A stretch of DNA of 64,000 bases from Heteronotia binoei (taxonomy: Eukaryota). The stretch covers positions 34,162,001-34,226,000 of the forward strand of contig NC_083224.1 in NCBI RefSeq assembly GCF_032191835.1, read 5' to 3'. Positions 57,779 through 64,000 of the stretch are shown here, piece by piece. Both the position numbers and the translations under genes were made by a program. Each line of letters starts with the position of its first letter. The first letter of the stretch is position 1. Below the pieces are notes generated by a model that was not told the origin of the DNA, did not search any database, and saw nothing but the letters and a program-made list of their open reading frames with translations.

Positions 57779-60700
57779 CTCAAAAACAAACAAGTTTATC
57801 CTGACTTCAGAGCTTCAGAGTTTGTTGGAACTCGGACAGAGTCCTTTTTGTCAAATGTATGAAATGCTCTCTCTCTCTCTCTCTCTCTCTCTTCATGGGT
57901 CTGAATTTGCCCTTGTTCATTTTTTTCCCCTTCCCCATTAAGCGTATCCTCTGGCAACTACAGGCAGCTTTCTCAGTCTTTCTTGTTAAAAAAGAGAGCC
58001 AGTTTGAAGTAGGGGTTAAGTGAGCCAACTCTTATCTGGGAGAACCAGGTTGGATTCCCCATTCCTCCACTTGCGGCTGCTGGAATGGTCTTGGGTTAGC
58101 AATAGCTCTCACAAAGCTGTCCTTGAAAGGGCAGCTTATGGGAGAGCGCTCTCAGCCCCACCTACTTCACAGGGTGTCTGTTGTAAGGGAGGAAGGTAAA
58201 GGAGATTGTAAGCCACTCTGAGATTCAGAGTGAAGGGTGGCATATAAATCCACTATCATCTCCTTCTTCTTGTTAAAGCTAAAACATGCAATAACAGAAT
58301 ATCCTAATGATCCAAGGCTAGTTGATCCAAAGTTAATTAAGATTTCAAATAACATGCAGGTCTCAATAAAGAAAGAACTCAAATAAAAATAAAATAAAGA
58401 TAAAAGCCCCAAGAATGGGACATAGCTGTCAAACATCCCCCCCCCCCCCCAGCCTAGAACTGACAGTCGTTCTGTCCTTCTTTTGGGCACATTATGCACA
58501 TAAATCTTACTGCAGATTTTCAGAGCAGTGAGCCTTTAATTTTGTATTTGGATTCTGTGCTTGCCTTACACACCATTCTTTTTCTTCTGGCATATTTATA
58601 CTGCAGCTACAATTTAAAAATGCACTTTTCTAAATTGAGGTGCAATGGCACTTGTGACATGGCGGGGGGGTATTCACAGTTTTTAAAAACAAAATTACAG
58701 AATTGCCCTATCTGCACAGCAGCATCCAGCAAGCACCTTCCATTTAAATCCTTGTGGTTCAGGTTTTGCACATGCATTCTAGCATTAGTTCATTGAATTA
58801 AAGGGAACAGAAAATAACACAGGCAAAGGGAGGACCCACTGCTGAAACTGACTAGACCTTTTCTGAAACTTACAAGTAGTTGTGAAGCCCCTTTTTTCCA
58901 TATTGCCATGCACTTAGGGCTTCTCTGCAGTTATCAGCCACTGTGAAAAATGGGAGAGAGTCGCACAATCTCATAATATGGAGGGACATGTTGAGTGTAC
59001 AGAATACGCAGTAGAACCCAGCGACACTAGCATTGCAAGCTTTGATCATTGGCAATGTGTGTGTGTGCATGTGTGCGCCTATGCAACGCCAGCTGCAACT
59101 CCATCAGGCTTTGACACAGGGCTGCAGTTTGTATGGGGAAGGAGTCCTCTGGCAGAACTCCAGAAAGCTTTTTTAGTCTGTGCCACTCAATTGAAAAAAA
59201 TCGGAGGGAGGGGGTCTTTTTGCTGATGCCCTTTTTGCTGACGTAGCTGATGAAACAATGGTTATGCTTTAATAAATAGCTTAGAATCTAAGTAGAGATT
59301 CTCTAATAGAGAGAATGGAGAAAACAAGTTGTTTTAATAATTGTGTACTATAACCAGAATGAACCTGTAGCATTACTGAGGTGTACTTCTGTCTAGGAGT
59401 TAAATGATCTGGTACAGGAAAGCTAGACATCTAGGTTTCTTAAGTGCACACTTATACATGAACCAGGCCTAACCAGAGACATCCAGAACACTTTGTTCCC
59501 CTCTTCTCCAATTTATCCTCACTACAATAATGGAAGGTAGGTTAGGCTGAGATATTGTGACTGGTCCAAGGCCACCCAGCAAACTTCCATGGCATGAATA
59601 GAGATTTGAACCAGAGTTTCCCAGATATCAGCCTGACACTAACCATTATACCACGCTGGCTGTCTTAGTGGATAGTGCCTGAAGTTTGCCTATCATGCAA
59701 CACTGACTGATGCATAAACTCCACAGCTTGTCAACAAAAAGGAAGCAATTTGCTTGAAGCAGCATATTCCTTTGTTGACTCATCCGTACAATCAACTCTA
59801 TTCTGAAGGTTGTGGATCTGTTGCAAATGATATGCATCTTAACTGGATTGTAATTAAAAAGACCCACTTTGAATTGCTGATGATATTGCAGTCTGTCTTC
59901 TGATTTGAGAAATATGTGAAGATAATTAGACACTGTTGTCTTCATTAGCCACCCTTAACCTACAACCAGCATTGAGATACTATTTTGAGCATAGATGTAT
60001 TGTTTTAATTACAAAACAGCAAATAAAGAGAAGTCTGTTTATGGAATCCTAGTTCTGCTAGATTTAGGCTGAATCCTAGCCTAAATCTAGTCACATGACA
60101 GATTTTCACCCTTGCCTTCAAAATGAGTCTATTGGTTCCCATAATCAGAAATACAGCATTTTATAAAGTTTTAAAAGTATTTTAGTCATGCTGTATATTC
60201 TTACATCAAGATTTTGTTTTGGGGCCCAGTCTCCTGAAGAAACACAAAGTACCGTAATTCTGTGTCAATAGTTCTTTAACTTCTGATGAGGAAATCTTAA
60301 ATTTCCATCCATCAGTGTTCCAGGACAGCATTTTCAAACACTGGCCTGTTGGTGCATTTGACATATTTTCCAGTCATTGGTTGGCATGGATTTCTTGGAA
60401 AGAATCATTGCAAGATTTAGTTTGTCCAGTTACAGGGCTAGATTGTTTAACCCCCCTTATAGATCATCCAAGGATGATGTCTTGGGTAAACGAACAGTCA
60501 CATTTACATACAGTAGAAAATTGATTATATTAAATGTTCTTAATGTGGGAATAGTAGACTGTCGGGAGTTTACTTGCTTGAACTATTGTGGGGCAAGTGT
60601 TATGGACTATTATCTCCACTGATTTGATTAACCTGGTAAACTATCTTGAAGGGGGAGGACTATTGCTGTGGTCATGTGCCTTTATTTCTGTTAATAAGTT

Positions 60701-63700
60701 TGCCTAATGATTTTGGTACCCAAAATAGTCATCTGATATCCATCTGTCAAGGTCACAGCAAATTGAAGACAATAAAATGGAGTTCTGAAAACTATACTTT
60801 GTGTAGAACCTTGACATTCTCAGATAAATGTTGTGCTCTTAAGGTAGATATTATTTGGACCTTGTGTGTATGATAGCTGCTGCAAGCTAGAGCAAATCTA
60901 CTTCCACTTGTTGCCTGTGTACTTTAAACCAATCTATTGAGATAAGACCCGTAAACATACAAAAATCCTGGAGGTTTTTGCCTTTGGCATAGAACAGGGG
61001 TCACTGGGGAAGGGGGGGTGGGACCACGAATTTCCTGCATGATGTCATGCTACTGAAATACTTATTGGAAGATACTGTAACTCAGGCAGTAGCAAAATAT
61101 TGAGATTTTAGCCATAAATAATTGGAAGTTTTTAACAAAGTAGAGATGGTCAATGATGCCATTTTTAAGGTTTAACACTGGTGGAATTTGGATATGAGAA
61201 TGCTTTTATGTAGTCAGAAATTGTGATCTGTGATTATGAGATTTTGTATATTGTTATTGCTGGTTAATTGACCATAATAAATTGAAATTGAATTGGATTG
61301 GATTTTCTGCATTGTGCAGGGGGTTGGACTAAATTATTTTTGGGTTCCTTCTAACTCTGTGTTTCTATGTTTTCACCATACAGGGACTACAAGTCGGCTA
61401 TGAGTTGATGGCACTTTCTATCACCATCCACATACACAGCCCCTTGATTGAAGTCCAAATTTATTCCACAAAGCCTGTTAGTTCATGCTTGTCATATACT
61501 GAGACAGACCACTAGCACAAACAGCATGCTACCTGAGACTGTTTTCATGGATGGTGGCAAGGAATGAACCGAAGTCCTTCAAGAAGCAAAGCTCCACCAG
61601 TGAGCTTAAGACCTTGCCACAAAACATGTTTACATGTTCCATTGTATCTGCCACAATTTCACCACTTTCTCCAGTGAAGAAAAATGTGCAGCTTGACAAA
61701 AAACAACTACATGGAGTTTCTCTAACCGTAACCACAGGTTTCCTCTAACCAAAAGTGCAGCTGCAGAATTCCTGTTATTGTTACAAGAGCTCAAAAAAGT
61801 AAAAAGCCACTAGAGAACACTGAGGGTCTATTTAGTGGTTTGTTAGGAGTGGGAATGTCCATTTCCAGTAATGTAAAGCTTCAAAAATGGCTTCTCAAAG
61901 CAGCCAGAAAGTTTTAAAAAGACACAAAAAAATCTATTTTGGAGTTGTGGTGGACTATGCCCTGGGAAAATCCAAAATAGATCCAGTCAAGAACTTTCAA
62001 GACCCAGCTTTCTCTGAGGTTACTTACTCTACAGACCTCAAATGTCTGGCTCAGCTGAGATTCAAGTGAGTGAGTTTTCTGAGAATATTAACTCTGTAGC
62101 ACTACAATTTAGATCTGATTAAGTCTGGGCCTAACTATATATCACGTATGAACAAAGTTTGAGCCCAGTTTTATTCAAGATATAAGTTTTATTCAAGATA
62201 TAAGCTTTTGTGCGCAGTCCATACATATCCGTAGAGGGTGAACAGTAAATTAGCATTCAGCATAATGAAGATGTTTAACAGAGTCAAGGACCAAAAAAGC
62301 TTAGTTCATATGGTTACCATTTGTTTGGGTTTATTATTTGTTTGGGGGGGGGAATAATGAAGGAAATAAATATTTCAGAATTGGAGATTGATGGACAAAT
62401 GTGTCCTTAATTGTGTGGTGCTGAAAGTAATTAACTGAAACCTTGGCATTACACTCCATCCCCTGGAATTAAACCCAAACAAATAGTTGGGCTACAGCTG
62501 ATATCTCAGGACAACAAACCCAGGATAAAAACTTCCACTAGTACAGTGTAGTCCAACTCTCACAGGCTGGAGATGTAAGTGTTGGTGTGGGCAGGGAAAA
62601 TCCAGTTGGGATTGCCAGCCTTTCTCCTGGCAGGATCTGTTTCCAGCCAGGCCTCATTTTGGATGGCCTTTCTCTCCCTTCCTTCATGTTCACATGGGAC
62701 CTGTTTTTTATATCCCTGCCTTTGGACTGGTAAGCCAGTTTAGGTCCATCATCACCACAAAGACAAGAGACCCAGCAAAGGGAGGCCTCCCTCTAATTCT
62801 GTCCTTCAAATAATTTTGAGGTAAGTTAGCCTGGGAGAGAGAGAGAGAGAGAGAGAGAGAGACGTCACCTTTTGAATCTCATGACTGAGAGGGGCTTTAA
62901 ACTTGGGTACTATTCCGACACACTAACCTCACTCTCAACACATGTACTATTGATTGATTAATTGATTTTAAAAATTCCATCCCACCTTTCCCTCGTGGCT
63001 TAAGGCAGCTTATATATATATTTTTTTTAAAAAACATGCATAAACCCTATTTAACCCTTTCCCCAAGAAAATGCTTCCAGCTTAAATGTTGGCCTTTAGG
63101 ATCCTTTGATGTTTGGAGAAACCATTTTTGGAGTTTTACATTACTGGAAATGGACATTCCCACTCAGTTTTCATTTTTCAAATATTTTGCAAGGTTTTGA
63201 AAAGCTGCCCTTCTTCATTGAGTGCTGAATGACTGATGATAAAGTTATTAGCAGAGCTAGACTTACACATGTTGCTTAATGGAAATCATTCATTGGTGGT
63301 GCATTTTTTGTAGCTGTTGTTATATTTTCCATCCATTAGCTTTTGCATGCTGCTTCAAGTGAATGCATGGAGGAGGGACCAGATTTTCAAAGACAGAAAT
63401 AAAATAACTGAAAAAAAATGGAAAAGGTGCAGAGCACAGTTTGTGGCAGAGATGATCAGTGTTATCAATCGCTGCCTCTTCTCCCCTTACTGCAGGTAGA
63501 AAAGAATGTGGCTTGTGCCCGACAGTTGCTGAAAGTGAGTACAAGGACATCCAACAAGGGTAAGGATACAAACTTGCATCCCTGGTGCTTACAAAATTGT
63601 CACCCCATGCCTCCATGTATCTTATCATCATGTATGGGTGTGTAAGCCACGGCTGGGGCTGAAACCACAGCACCATGGCTATTTGCTCTGCATTGGACTC

Positions 63701-64000
63701 ATGTGGAACCTGAGCACATGATAAGCACGCATTCACATCTGAGACAGAAACAGTTTCTCCTGCAAGGCTGACATTGGCTCAGGAGCGCAGATAGGAGCAC
63801 CCTGCTGGGAGGCCAATTTGTGTTTCCCCTTGTCCTGATCTCGCCCTTAGCCTTTTTGGCATGGCTCAGAGAAGGCACAATGAGACAAAGTTCTGACTGA
63901 GATCAGATCTGCTGAGACGTGGATCCAGGAGGTAGAGTTGAATGCATTGATTCTGAAGACACAGAATTGGGAGCTTTCTCCAGGGCTGACTTGGGTGAAA

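Noticed and set aside
61529-61748. Short ORFs as possible BCAS1 exons
   Set aside because: No recognisable similarity to BCAS1 and no convincing splice boundaries

Overview
Vertebrate genomic DNA, almost certainly a squamate reptile and probably a gecko (inferred from Sauria-SINE, Squam-type tRNA SINE, CR1, Penelope and hAT repeat content). The one supportable protein-coding gene is an intact CYP24A1 (vitamin D 24-hydroxylase, mitochondrial P450) on the + strand. It has a CpG-rich promoter with a DR3 VDRE, CCAAT and TATA at about 5.4-5.6 kb, 11 canonical coding exons (6137-21621, all GT-AG, frames join), and a probable 12th exon from 22382. At the position of the mammalian stop this copy has TCA, so the protein is predicted to end in exon 12 (about 525 aa, C-terminus SDTVKRKQ). 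The remaining 40 kb is repeat-dense downstream intergenic DNA. It holds many hAT MITEs with 8-bp target-site duplications, two 2.5-2.7 kb composite hAT elements carrying ETS-CRE arrays and long GC-rich hairpins, a Penelope remnant with a near-intact minimal hammerhead motif, several candidate downstream DR3 VDREs, and a 140-N gap. I found no clearly new biological system. The best leads are the stop-loss with exon-12 recruitment, a partial exon-6 duplicate with a dead donor, the hammerhead, and TE-borne regulatory modules in the region where mammals have CYP24A1 downstream enhancers. Most ORFs in the supplied track are spurious. Repeat boundaries are approximate unless TSDs are quoted.
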